DNA from: Mobula birostris
Taxonomy: Eukaryota
Direction of reading: 5' to 3'
DNA length: 64,000 nucleotides
Assembly (NCBI RefSeq): GCF_030028105.1
Contig: NC_092374.1
Coordinates: forward strand, 80,734,948 to 80,798,947
Made by a program: the position numbers and the translations under genes. Below the pieces are notes generated by a model. The model saw only the letters and a list, made by a program, of their open reading frames with translations. It was not told the origin of the DNA and did not search any database. Numbering within the stretch: position 1 is the first letter of the stretch; each line of letters begins with the position of its first letter. Shown piece after piece: positions 37,441 to 50,300 of this stretch.

Positions 37441-37674
37441 CAGGGCCGGATTAAGCTGGTGTGGGGCCTGTAGCATATGTTATAAAGGGACCCTAAATTT
37501 TAAAAAATGCACATAAGTATGAAAACATAAATTATTTACTTGCATAGTAAAGTAATTCAATTTTTTTCATTTGCTATACAGCCAGATAATATGACAAATG
37601 TCTGACACTTCAGTAATAGTATTACTTACATGCAGGTTTCAATTTCAAATGTCAAAAGTAACAAAACTACAATT

Positions 37675-40439
37675 TCAAAGTTAGATTTTCTAGATTTAGC
37701 ATGAGCAAATTTGTTGATGATACTGGAAATGTCTATTTCATGCAGAAGTTCATGTTCAATGCTCATTCGAGTGAGATTGTTCAATCTGTTTTGACCCATG
37801 GTGCTCCTTAGTTCATTTTTAATCCTTTTCAGTTTTGAAAATGAGCGTTCCCACTGCAGTTGGTAACTATGAGTGACAAATAGATGCGCAAGGCATTTTT
37901 TACATTTGAAAACATGACTCCAAAAGATTGTCAGTTATCAAATGATACAACTGTAACTCTACAAGGTCTTGTTTGGCGCCAATATGAGAAGCAAGATCAG
38001 TTTTCGACAATTCAGTAAACTGCACAAATTCTTCATTAAGACTTGCTTCCAGATCTTCTGGATATGATTTAATAAGATTTGATGACCTTTTTACGATCTC
38101 TTCAGGTGTAAAAGACTGTAACTGATGAAGGAATCCAAAAACACCATTCACCTTTAGATAACCTTTCTGCCTTTTTGACAGGGCAGAAAGTAAGCTGTCA
38201 ATAATGGCAGAAATGTTCGGCTTTTAAACTTCTGAGAAGGCATTTGAGATTCAACAAGAGGATCAAGAGTGCTGGAACCACTGAACTCATCATACGTGTG
38301 ATTTTGCTTGTGTTTTCTTTGAGTTCGCTGTTGATAATCTTCACACTTAGTCAGATCCTTGGCTTTTTGCTGAATGTCTGAAAAAGTAGACCGCATAGCT
38401 TGAATATATCCATGCAAGGATTCATAGAGTGCACAAGCTGTGTTCAAGTCTTGGCCAGAAGATTGCAAAGAAGCACTGGTCATTTGAAAATGCTGTAATA
38501 CTTGATCCCACAATATGACCATTATTCCTGTTTCCAACTTCATCATGGTTGAAAGTAGTCCACAAGCCTGTTGTCAACACTTTGCCTTTTCTGACCGTTA
38601 TTATTTGAAATGTCATCCAAGACTTGTTTTATTGCAGAAAAGCTGTGTAAAAGTGCTTTTGTTGCATCTGCACGAGCTGACCACCTGGTATCTGACATTC
38701 TTTTCACAATGGGCAAATGAGCACCACCATCAGATAATGCAGCAGAAAGGAGATCCCACCAATAAGTAGAAGCAGAAAAAAATATGTACAGGCTTTCTAC
38801 AAATTGAAAGAAAATTAATGCTTCTTGACAACATTCAGCAGCACATTTTTGGACCAAATTTAGTGAATGTGCAAATGATGATGATGACGATGATGACGTT
38901 GACTCAGACCTGAGAGTCCAGCGTCGGGCATTTTCATGCCTTACAAGGTGCAGTTCGAAAGGCTGTATGGGGCGCCACTCCTTGCACAGACATTTCACAG
39001 TATTATTTTACAAGGCCGAGTTGCGAGCTCAACGTCAACCTGGTGCGGATGGAGAGCACATATGGGGGCGGTCTGTCACTGGATCAAACTCGGGAACCTC
39101 TGTTCTCGAGCCCGGTGCTGATCCCACTGCACCACCAGTCGAATGTGCAAAACATTGAATATAATCTGCAAACTCATTCAGCTCTTTAATTCATGCTTGT
39201 AAGCCACTATACTTGCCACTCATGTTGCTGGCATTGTCGTAACTTTGACCACGGCAGTCTTTTATATCAATGTCATTTTCCTTTAAAAAGTCAAGTAAAC
39301 CTTGAGTGAGCTGTTCAGCACTATGACCCTCCATACCCAAAAACTTCACAAATCTTTCAACTGGTCCAGACGGCAAAACATAGCGCACAGTCAAAGTCAA
39401 CTGATCCACATTAGATATATCTGGAGTAGAATCCAATGAAGCAGAATAATACTTGTATTTCTTCACTTCACCGATAATGTGATCCAGTATGCTGGATCCA
39501 ATCAAATTGATGAATTCCTTACATAGGTATGATTTATGTCCCCTTCCTTGGTTTGCATGAGCATTTGTATGCTCTGCCAGAAAAGGGTCAAACTTGGCCA
39601 GTAATTCTAACAACCCCAAGTAATTTCCATTATGAGGAGAGCCAACAGTTTCATTGCTACCATGAAATGAAAGGCCTCTTTCCGCTAAAAACTTTACAAC
39701 TTCAATTATTCGCTCTAGAAGTGTGCGCCAATACTTTTGTTCAGTCTCCATTTCTTTCACAAGGTGGGAAGCAACACGCTTAGCTTTGTTTTTGCACATC
39801 GATGGTGAAATTAAAGCTTGTCTATGTGAGGAACTTTCTTCATGTTGACGTAATAGATTGCTTGCATTTTCCAGTCATCAAACCCCTCTTCACTAGACTT
39901 TGATGAACATCCTGAAGTCATAAACTTGTGTGGGAAACAGAATATGCTTCCTTTGCTTTCTGAATAGCATAACCAATTTCCTGCATGCTGCTTGTTTGTA
40001 GGTTTATGAACATATGTAAAATAAGACTTCTGACAGTGCCAAGGTTTCTTTTCATTGTCATACAATCGCATGGATGAAGAGAAGTCACTCTCAGTGTGTT
40101 GACATTCATCACTTCCCTTGGTTATCCAATATTCATGATCACAATCATCTAGATTGTTTGGCCATTCACCAATGTCATTAGAGTACTTGTTCTTTCACAT
40201 TGAATGGATGCTGGCTGTTGCTGTATCATGCCTCCTGCCGCACTAGTACTAGTTGTTCCTCTGTTTCCAGCTTCAGCCGTTATAGCACCATCACCATCTC
40301 CATGAACATCAAAATATTCTGTCGACTTGCGTGTTTTTGATATCACAAGTTGGTTTCTTATTTCTTTTTCTTCCTTCGCTTTACGTTTTGCACTTCCAGA
40401 AGCATAATGATGTCCAATATCTCTGGCTCTATTGCTCAT
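37675..40439 (-). pseudogene. hAT transposase pseudogene (ZMYM1/DUF4371-like DDE domain plus C-terminal dimerisation domain)
   Basis: MSNRARD...SGSAKRK; NGNYLGLLELLAKFDP; LDSTPDISNVDQL; RGQSYDNASNMSG; CFAHSLNL (split by a SINE); DTRWSAR; ERSFSKLKRIKNELRSTMGQNRLNNL. Multiple frameshifts; 3' end approximate. Confidence 0.92.
38876..39140 (-). mobile_element. Full-length tRNA-derived SINE with (TCA)n tail and 11-bp TSD
   Basis: A-box TGGTGCAGTGG, B-box GAGTTTGATCC; TSD GAATGTGCAAA at 38865-38875 and 39141-39151. Confidence 0.9.
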
Positions 40440-40540
40440 TGCTATCTGCAATGGAAAAAAAATGAAATATGCATTTAAAAACAAATAGTTTATGTTACAA
40501 AAGCTATGTAGCGGTATCAACAAAGACTAGTGAACAGTAA

Positions 40541-41101
40541 ACACAAAATAATCTGCAGATGCTGGGGTCAAAGCAACACTCACAACACACTGGAGGAACT
40601 CAGCAGGTCGGGCAGCATCCGTGGAAACGATCAGTCGATGTTTTGGGCCGGAACCCTTCGTCAGGACTGTAGGGGCAAGGATACCATCTAGGTAGTGTCC
40701 AGCCCCTTGGTATGAACATAGAATTCTCCAACTTCCGGTAATTCCCTCCCCCTCCCTTCCCCTATCCCTATGTCACTCTGCCCCCTCCCCCAGCTGCCGA
40801 CCACCTCCCTCATGGTTCCACCTCCTTCTACTACCCATTGTGTTTTCCCATATTTTTTCTTCACCTTTCCGGCCTATCACCTCCCTGCTTCCCCTCCCCG
40901 ACCCCTTTATCTTTCCCCTTACTGGTTTTTCACCTGGAACCTACCAGCCTTCTCCTTCCCACCCTCCCCCCACCTTCTTTATAGGGCCTCTGCCCCTTCC
41001 CTCTACAGTCCTGACGAAGGGTTCCCGCCCGAAACGTCGACTGATCGTTTCCACGGATGCTGCCCAACCTGCTGAGTTCCTCCAGTGTGTTGTGAGTGTT
41101 G
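40541..41101 (+). mobile_element. Short PLE insertion with inverted arm and perfect 14-bp TSD
   Basis: TSD CTAGTGAACAGTAA at 40527-40540 and 41102-41115; highly similar to 6904-8320. Confidence 0.92.
41006..41043 (+). ncRNA. Minimal type I hammerhead ribozyme motif (best-preserved copy)
   Basis: CAGTC (stem I)-CTGACGA-A-GGG TTCCCG CCC (stem II)-GAAAC-GTC^-GACTG (stem I'); predicted cleavage after 41038. Confidence 0.8.
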
Positions 41102-41606
41102 CTAGTGAACAGTAACAAATTTATGTGACTGTTGTGACTATGAGCGTGTGTGGATCACATACACTCAACAACCAACTAGGAATAGTGTTCTGAAAATTAT
41201 CTGTTTAGTTGCTCATTGAAAATCATTTCATTTGGGAAATACAGGTTGAAACTTACAGTCTAATCCAATCTTGTGTGTTCCTGAGCTGGTTCAGACTACC
41301 TAAAATCAGGAAACAAATGAGGAATCATGAACTGGGTCACATCAGACTGTTGAATTGCACATCCCCTGTCGCAGGCTGACTGCGGGGGCTGCTGGAGGGT
41401 GTGGCGTAACAGCGCATGCTGCAGTGGCTTGGCAGCATGGGAGATAGCACAAAGGTCACCACGACACAGTAAGGAGCCAACACACGCCTGCACAGACATA
41501 CTGTACCATGCACCATGCAGCATGCAGCATGCAGCTCCCCCGACATGAAAACAACAGCATTGCCATTCCGTCGTCGTTGTGGCGTGGATGAAATCACAGA
41601 GCATTA

Positions 41607-42133
41607 TGTTACCGGTAGGTACAAAGCAGTTTCTTTATTCAACAAAACAAGATTACAGCAGGCAGAGACCCCTGGCAGAACAGGTCTAACCGCCTTGTGA
41701 TTGAGGCTTGATATTTATTTGCTAAACACAAAGGACAGTTCATAGTTACAAGTATAGACAATTCTTAGAAGCTTTCACATCTTTTGGTTAAATTCATTCT
41801 ACCGGCACCAGTATGCCTAAACTGGCATTCATGGCCTTTAGGAATGCAAGTTAAGATCCATAATACATTATTTGGTACGTTACATGCTAACATAGAGGAC
41901 AATTCATATTCAGAAAGCATAGGTATGGTGTCTTCGCAACTACCTGTAAACTTAGCATTCTTGTCTCAGAGGCGCCAGAGATGCATTGTTACAAATGAAA
42001 CTGGGTTCACAGCTTTTAGGAAATGCATTGTTATGAACTCAATTCACAGTACTTTGTCAAAGAACAGAAGACTGATGGCTAAAGTCATTTATTTAAGTGT
42101 AAATGAATCGTTTACCCAAAACTCACTTTAACA
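41607..42133 (-). mobile_element. Possible solo LTR (527 bp) inside the hAT element
   Basis: TGTTA...TAACA termini; minus-strand AATAAA ~27 nt from the 3' end with an AT-rich TATA-like stretch upstream; TSD only partial (ATTA/GTTG). Confidence 0.45.
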
Positions 42134-45100
42134 GTTGTGAGAATACGGTGAGATGCCGATTTCACCAGACTGCAGCTTGCAAGCATTTAGTGCGGGCGGG
42201 GCCCTCGAAAATGCGGGGCCCATAGCATATGCTACTTTTGCTACTAGGTTAATCTGGCCCTGGGTGTGAGAAAATTTCATTTACTGTGTGTCAACAAAGG
42301 ATATGTGTGTGGGAGAATTTCAGTTACTGCGCGACTGTGCACCTGCGCAGCTTAGAGGGATAGTGGACAGAGGTGTATCATTTAGGGTGTAGGGTGTAGA
42401 CCAATTAAAACAGTTTCCATTGGTGGTGGGTCCAAGACTCATAATGCTTTGCATCATTGATCAAGGACTCAAACGTGATAGGAGGAAATATATGGTCAAG
42501 GTCTGGTCTGAACTGCTAGAGGAAGGAGAGGAAATACTTTTAATTGTGATGTGCAACAGGGAACTGGATGACTATCTGAAAAGGAAAAGGACGAGGGTAT
42601 GGGACAAGCTTGATTGCTTTTCTGAAGAGCCAATACAAGATCAATGTGTGAAAAACACTTTCCACCCCCCGGACTTACTATCATGTTCTTTTTACAACAG
42701 GTAGTGGAGCTGATGCAGAAAGCATTGACAGGGAAGGTAGCAGGAATGAAGCCGTACTACTAGGGTGAACTATGCAGTCCTGAAAGAGAAGCTTGAGCAG
42801 GGATCCTACACAAGTGTCTGATGATGGAATATTTGTAGCGGGAAACGGTGCACAACGCTTTTCACTTGTGGTGTTGAAGGATCGGGCTTAGAAATAAAAC
42901 ATAGATGCAGATCAAAGGTAAAGCTGCTGTCCCATGTTGAGAGAGACACGCACTACAGTAGCCACTGATTCACAGCTCCAGAGATCCTGACCTCTGGGTG
43001 TGTGTGTGTGTGTAGTTTTCACATTCTCCCTGTAACCATGTGGATCTCCCCCGGGTGCTCTGCAGAGGACTACATCACTCAGAGAGTGGTGTGAGTGTGG
43101 AATGAGCTGCTGGTGGAAGTGGTGGATGGAGGTTCAATTGTAACATCTAAGGGAAGTTTGAATGGGTACATATATACGGCTATGGTCCAGGTGTTGATCA
43201 ATGGGACTATGCAGACTAGATGGGACAAAGGATCTGTTTCTGTGCTGTAACACTCTATGACTCTATTTATAGTGAGAATGGGAATGTTCAAAGATGTGTA
43301 AAACATGCTCTTGATACAGATTATGGTGGGTGCCTGGAATGTGCTGCCAAGAGTGCTGGTAAAGGTAAATATGATAGATAATTTTAAATTCAAAGTTCAA
43401 AGTAAATTAATTATCTAAGTACGTATTGTGTATGACACCATTTATAACCCTGAGATTCATTTTCTTGCAGGCATTCACAGTAAATACAAGAAACATAATA
43501 GAAGCAATAAAGACCCCACCCACTCAACTGGGTGGACAGACAACCGATATGTAAAAATACATCAAACTATCAAATACAAAAAGAAAGAAAAAAAATAGAA
43601 ATAATGATAAAAATAAATAAGTAAGCAATAAGTATTGAGAACATGAGATGAAGAATCCTTGAAAATGAGTCCAATTCAGTGGGAACACTTCAGTAATGGG
43701 GCAAGTGAAGTTAACCCCTCTGATGGTTGAGGGGTAATAACTATTCCTGAACCTGGTGGTGTGGGTTCTTAAAGGTTCTTAGACACATGAATGCAGAGAG
43801 AATTTAGGGATATGGACATTGTACAGGCAGGCAGGATTAATGTAGACAGGCATTTAATTACTAATTTAATTAGTTAGACTCTACATCATGGGCTGAAGGT
43901 CCTTATCCTGTACTGAACTGCTCCATGTTCCACATTGCTACCAAGTGGGGTGGAGTTGCTAAGGTGCAGACACATTTACTTTATCGGTAGATGAGAGAGA
44001 GGGGGATGAAATGCAAGGGTGAGACAAAGGGGGAGCCAGGTACGATAGGCTAAATGGCTGGGATATACAGGGGACTGTGAGAAATTTGGATACGGGCAGG
44101 GATTTGGTACTGAGTAGAGACTTCCCTTCACTTGCCAAGCCTAAATTTTTAAATTAACTATATCACTAAATGATACTAGAAGAATCAAAACAAACTCCAA
44201 TTAGTGACCTGAATTCTTCATCCACGCTATCAAATCTTAGAACAAGCACACACCTACAAAGAAAACACTGGTGTCAGTTTAGATATAACTCAAGTACACC
44301 ACGCAAGACTCAGCATTTAAATGCTGGATTTTACACTCCACTCCCAGAGTAAACAGTGCACGTTTGTCTTGACGCAGGTTGTAGTTGTCGGTTTGGATTA
44401 GTATTGTTTGGCAGTATTGGTACCTCTGTGTCAGTGGGTTGTGAGTCCAATGCTAACCCAAGGATCTGAGTGGCTGTACATTACTGCAGGAGTGTTGCAC
44501 AGGAACCGCTGCTTTTCAGAGGCCTAAAGTTCTACACAGTTGAATGTGAGAAATCCCAGGATATACTGGAGGGAAGGAAGTATATAAGATGATAACAGGC
44601 CAGAATGGGGTAAAGAGCCAGCATTATCAAAGACCCCGGCCATTCTGGACAATCTCTCTTTTTCCCTCTGCCATTGGGCAGAAGATGCAAAAGCCTGAAA
44701 GCACATACCACCGAGCTCAAGGATACTGTTATCAAACTCTTGAATGGACCGCTTGTGTTAGATTAATTCTTGGCCTCACAATCACCTCCTTATGATCTTG
44801 CACTTCATTTACCTGCACTGCACTTTTCTGAAAGCTTTTACTTATTATTCTGCGTTGTTATTGTTTTACCTTATTCTAGCCCAATGCACTATGTAATGAT
44901 TTGATTTGATCTGTATGGGCAGTATGCAAGACAAGCTTTTTGCTGTATGTATCTTGGTATATGTGACAATAATACACCTATATTTATTTCTCCTCATTAT
45001 ATGGTTATCAAGAGCAAGGGGGCACAAGTTTAAGGTGAGAGAAAGAAATGTAAAAAGTAATTTGAGAGTTGTGTTTTTTTTTACACAGAGAATTGTTATC

Positions 45101-48100
45101 TGGATTATGTTGCCAGAGGAGGTGGTGGAATTAGACACAACTGTATGTTTAGGAGACATTTAGACAAGCATTTAGATAGGGTAAGCTTAAGAGGATATGG
45201 ACCTCTGAGACTAATGTAGATGGACAGATTGGGCTGAAGGGTCTATTTCTGTGCTGTAGCACTCAACCACATTATTTGAGGAGCAGGGGAGTTTTCCTGG
45301 CTAACATTATTTTCCCAACTCAAATCCAAAGACACAAGAGATTCTGCAGATGTTGGAAGTCTAGGGTAACACTCACAAAATGCTGGTGGAATTCAGCAGA
45401 TCAGGCATCAGCTATGGAGAGAAATCAACAGTCGACGTTTTGGGAACTCTGAAACGTTGAGTGTGTCCCTTCAGGATCCTGTACCTCCTCCTTGAAGGCA
45501 GCGACGAGAAGAGGGCACGTCCTGGACGATGGGGGTCCTTGGTGATAATGCCGCCTTTTTGACACATCGCTCCTTGAAGATGATTTGAGGTAGCAAAATC
45601 AGAACACAGATTTTACTGTTGTAGTTACATAGAAAGTGAAGTGCAGGTAGACAAGTGAAATGCAAAGGCTAGGTCAAGTAGATTGGGAGGTCATGAAATC
45701 ATCTTTAGTGTACAAGAGGTTCATTCAAGTGATGACTCTTCACTGATGTATTGTTGAGTAGGAAACATGGATGGCACTGGCACTCTATAAGGGGTATATA
45801 TTGAACCGATGATGTCGGGGGAGAGAGATTGCTGTTGTATTTTCTCGTCTTTGCTGTTGTATTTGCCTTTTATTATGATAATTGAGCAGTGCCACACAGG
45901 AACAGGTCCTTCGGCCCATGGTGTCTGTGCTGGACACAATGGCAAATTAAACTAAATCTCTTCTGCTTGTACGTGATCCATGACACTCCATTCCACCCAT
46001 GTGTCTATCAAAAAGCCTCATAAATACCACTGTTGCACCTGCCACCACCACCACCACCAGCCCGTTCCAGGCACCTACCCACTGTGTAACAAAATATGAT
46101 ACCCCCCTGACATTTCCTTCGAACTTTCCCCCTCCCCTTAAATGTGCGTTTAGTAGTATTGGGTGTGTGGGGTGTCCAGGGAGGGGTAGCAACTCTGGTA
46201 AAGGATCCTGTCGTATCCAGTCTGGGGCAGCTCACTCACCTTTCACAAGTGGCTCCAAGTAGCTGTTTGCATGTGACAGTGGCCACACCCCAGTACACCA
46301 CTTCAACAAGCAGGCTAAGCCAAGTGGGGGTAACTGGTGGGTCTCATGCTTGTCCTAGCACGTGAGGTCAGTTCTGGTGGACTATGTGGATAAGATCTAA
46401 AGTGAGATCTAAGGCAGTAGAGCAAAGAACATGATGTGATAATCCACTTCAACAAAGGAAGACTCCAGTTGTGACATCTGTTTGTACCACTGGACCCAGA
46501 CTTCTGAGGTTGAGAGAGAGAGTGGTTCTGCTTTTACACTTTAAATGCTCTCCTGCACAGGTTTCCTGTCATCATAAGAAACAACATACAACTATCAGTA
46601 TTGGATATTTGACAAATTATTAAGTTGTAAAGTCGTAGAGAGATACAACATGGAAGCAAGTTCCTTGGCCCACTGAATCCATACAGGATTTCGGGAAAAC
46701 ACATTGCTCACACTCTAGCAGCTGGACTGGGTTTGAGACTGTCACCAATCTTATACTCATGACATAGTCTGACACCTTAGAAACAGGCCATTTGGCCCAC
46801 TGAGTCCTTGCTATCTATTAATCCCATTTACCAGCAGTTGGTCTGTCGCCTCCTACACCACAGTGATTCAAATACTTGAATGGTGACGAGGAGTGATAGA
46901 GGAGTGAGATAGATCTGCTGATTGAGTGATGTTGCAAAAACAACCTTTTGATGCTTCTTGAGTGGTGTCGCAGCAACAACCTCGCATTCAATGTCAGTAA
47001 GACCAAGGAATTGATTATGGACTTTAGGAAGAGGACAACGAGGGAACCAGTCTTCATTGAGTGACTCCTCTCTGCTAGCTTGCAAGTCACCCTTAGGTAA
47101 GGTGTAGCACCTGCTTAGCACCCCCCACCCCCCCGGATCAGCGTCATGTGAGGCCACAGGAGGAGCTGGTGGATGGATGGTCATATGAGCAGCTGGTGCA
47201 TATCACAAGTCCAGGTTATGTGACACCAGGCAGACGATCTCTGAAGGGTATTGCTAATGGCTGGGGTCACACGTCTTATAAAGACACTGTCCAGAAGAAG
47301 GCAATGGCAAACCACTTCTGTAGAAAAATTTGCCAAAAACAATCACATCATAGAAAGACCATGATCGCCCTTGTCACACAACATGGCACCTAATGAAAGA
47401 ACAAACTAACTGGGATATGCCCTCTTCGTGTTACTACCACCAGGGAGAAGCTACAGGATACTGAAGACCCAACTCAAAGTTTTAGGAATAGCTTCTTCCC
47501 CTCTGCCGTCTGATTTCTGAATGGTCCTTTGAACACTACCTTGTTGTTCACCTTTGGCGATATTTATTCCTATAACTTATCATTTTTTTATGTATTGCAT
47601 TGTACTGCTTCTGCAAAACAAGAACTTTCACAACATGTGCCAGCGATAATAAACTTGTTTCTGATTCTGAACGTATCGTGAGACTCTATCTCCACCTAAC
47701 ACACAGGCAGATTCCAACCTCCATCTACGGGAACAACTTTCCTACTACCTTGGCTGATGCCAGAGTCTGGAGCAAAAAAAAACCAGCTGGTCAAGCAGCA
47801 TCTGTGGAGGGGGAAAGAACTTTTGAAATTCTGATCTTTCATTGAGGGATCAGAAATGTAAAGGGTGAGCAGTTTCAAGTTCCTGGGTGTCAACATCTCA
47901 GAGGATCTGTCCTGGGTTCTTTCATGACGCAATTATGACAAAGGCATGCTTTATTGGAAACTTGAGCAGATCTGGTATGCTCCTAAAAAGAAAATCACCT
48001 CCCGGAGGAACTCAGCAGGTTGAGCAGGTTGATGGGACTTGGCAGTTTAAATTGGCATGGACTAGATAGGCCTGTCTCTGTGCTGTATTTTTCTATGACT

Positions 48101-49902
48101 CTGTGATACACCCAACATATTTTTGTGTATCCCTAGAATGCACCATTGACAAGAGGGTTTGAGAAGAGATGCAAAGGTATTTGCTGAGGTTTATCCCTTA
48201 ACAGCTACGTAACACTAGACCTTTTGCTCTACCAGCTGTTCTTAGAGACATACAATGAGGCAAACATCAGAAGCTGCTGGTAAACCAGCAATGGAGTGGG
48301 AAAAAAAACATTTCTTTGGTTTGGCACAAACTCCATGATCGAGTGCTGTAGGTTGGCATATTTTTGAGATCCAGGGTCACATGCAATGTATTGAAACTGG
48401 GCATAACCACTGAAAGGTTCTGTGGTTAAGGCTACCGTTTAGGGCCCTCTTGTACTTGCACTCAAATTACCTGCAATCACTGTTAAACTTCCAGTAACTA
48501 AACTGCTCAAGAGCTTTACTTAAAATGACCACTGGTATCATGTGAATGTTAAGCTGCAAAAAATAACATGGCTTATATTGACTTCTGTATTATGTATGTT
48601 ATAAATTATTGTCAGTACTGAAATTTTAAACATGCTCTCCCCCCCCACCAGATGATATCTCAAAGTCAAAATCAAAGTACATTTATTATCAAGTATGTAA
48701 CCATACCTGAGATTCATTTTCTTGCAGGCATTCACAGGAAAATAAAGAAATACAATAGAATTTATGATAAAGTACACATCAACAAAGACTGAAAAATAAC
48801 CCATGTGCAAAAGAAGACAAACTATGTAAATAAAAAATAAATTAATAATACAGAGAACATGAGTGGAGAGTCCTTGATAGATTCAGGAAGGTGTCAAAGC
48901 CCCTCAGTATTGTCAAGTGAGGGGGGAGGAGGAAGAAAATTAATCAAGGTTTGTCGAGCTTTATAAGACCATAAGGCATCGAAGCAGAACTAAGCTATTC
49001 AGCCCAACAAGTCTGCTCTGCCTGTTCATCATGTCTGATTCATTTCTCTCTCTCAACCCCATGGTCATGCCTTCTCCCTGTATCCTTTCATGCCCTGACT
49101 TATCAAGAATCTATCGACCTCTGCCTTAAATACACCCAATGACTTGGCCTCCACAGCTGCTTGTGGCAATGAATTCCACCCTCTAGCTAAAGAAATCTCC
49201 ATTCCAAATGGGCATCCTTCTATTCTGAGGCTGCGTCCTCTGGTCCTAGACCCCTCATAGGAAACATCCTCACCGCATCCTCTCTATCGAGGCCTTTCAA
49301 CATTCAATAGGTTTCGATTCATTCCTCTAAATTCCTGCAAGTACAGAGCCATCAATCACTCCTCATGTGATGTCTTTCAATCTCAGAATCATTTCGTGAA
49401 CCTCCTTTGAACCCTCTCCAATATCCTTTCTTAGATAAGGGCCCAAAACTGCTCACAATACCCCAAGTGAGGCCTCACCAGTGCGTCAACATTAACCTCT
49501 TTGTTTTTATATTCTAGACCTCTTGAATTGAATGCTAACATCGCATTTGTCTTCCTCACCACCAGCACAAACTGCAATTTAATCTTAGCGAATCCGCACG
49601 AAGACTCTCAAAAAATCATGAGGGGCAAAGATAATGTCGCATTCCTTTCCCCAGGGTAGGGGGAGTATAAAATTAGACGGCAGAGCTTTAAAGTAAGACA
49701 AAATTTTATCACAGAGGGTGGTAGGTAGATGGAATGAGCTGTCAGACAGGGGCTGATATAATTACAACATTTAAAAAAAATTAGGACAGTACATGCATAG
49801 GAGAGGGTTGGATTACTGGGATATTGGCCACTGGCAAATGTGACCAGCGGAGTCAGGCAATTGGTCGGCATGGATGACCTGACCCAAAGGGCCTGTTTCT
49901 GC

Positions 49903-50300
49903 AAACGAAAGGGATTCTGCAGATGCTGGAAATCCAGGGCAACACACACAGAATGCTGGAGGAACTCAGCAGGTCAGGCAGCATCTATGGAAATAAATAA
50001 ACAGTCGACATTTTGAACAGAGACCCTTCTTCAATACTGAGAAGGAAGGGGAAGATGCCAGAATATAAAGGTGGGGGGAGGGGAAGGAGGATAAATATAA
50101 GGTGATAGGTGAGGCCAGGTGGATGGGAAAGGTAAAGGGGCTGGAGAAGAAGTAATCTGATAGGAGAGGAGAGTGAACCATGGGAGAAAGGGAAGAAAGA
50201 GGGGACCCGGGGGGGGGAGGTGATAGGCAGGTGAGAACAGGTCAGAGTGGGGATTAGGAGAAAAGGGAGGGGAGAGGAATTTTTTTTACCGTAAGGAGAA
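49903..50300 (-). mobile_element. PLE 3' terminal fragment with decayed hammerhead (smaller pieces at ~2750-3005, 9488-9580, 45330-45465, 53055-53125 and 53825-53885)
   Basis: GCAGATGCTGGAAATCC..GCAACACAC...GCTGGAGGAACTCAGCAGG.CAGGCAGCATC terminal motif followed by a purine-rich tract. Confidence 0.8.

Larger units (their letters stand above)
37441..42262 (-). mobile_element. Full-length hAT (Tip100-like) DNA transposon with TIRs and perfect 8-bp TSD
   Basis: TIRs CAGGGCCGGATTAA / TTAATCTGGCCCTG; TSD GGTGTGAG at 37433-37440 and 42263-42270; subterminal GGGGCC repeats. Confidence 0.95.
35112..42365. mobile_element. Old hAT-like non-autonomous element hosting the 43-bp array and all nested insertions
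   Basis: Degenerate TIRs CAATGTTTCCCCTAATAGCTGCAC / GCGCAGCTTAGAGGGATAGTG; weak 8-bp flanks GGGGGAGG / GACAGAGG. Confidence 0.5.

Noticed and set aside
39085-39140. tRNA gene
   Set aside because: The A/B boxes belong to a SINE head with body, tail and TSD; no full cloverleaf.
37675-40439. Domesticated ZMYM1/ZBED-like host gene
   Set aside because: Multiple frameshifts, a SINE in the CxxH motif, and intact TIRs and TSD indicate a dead transposon.
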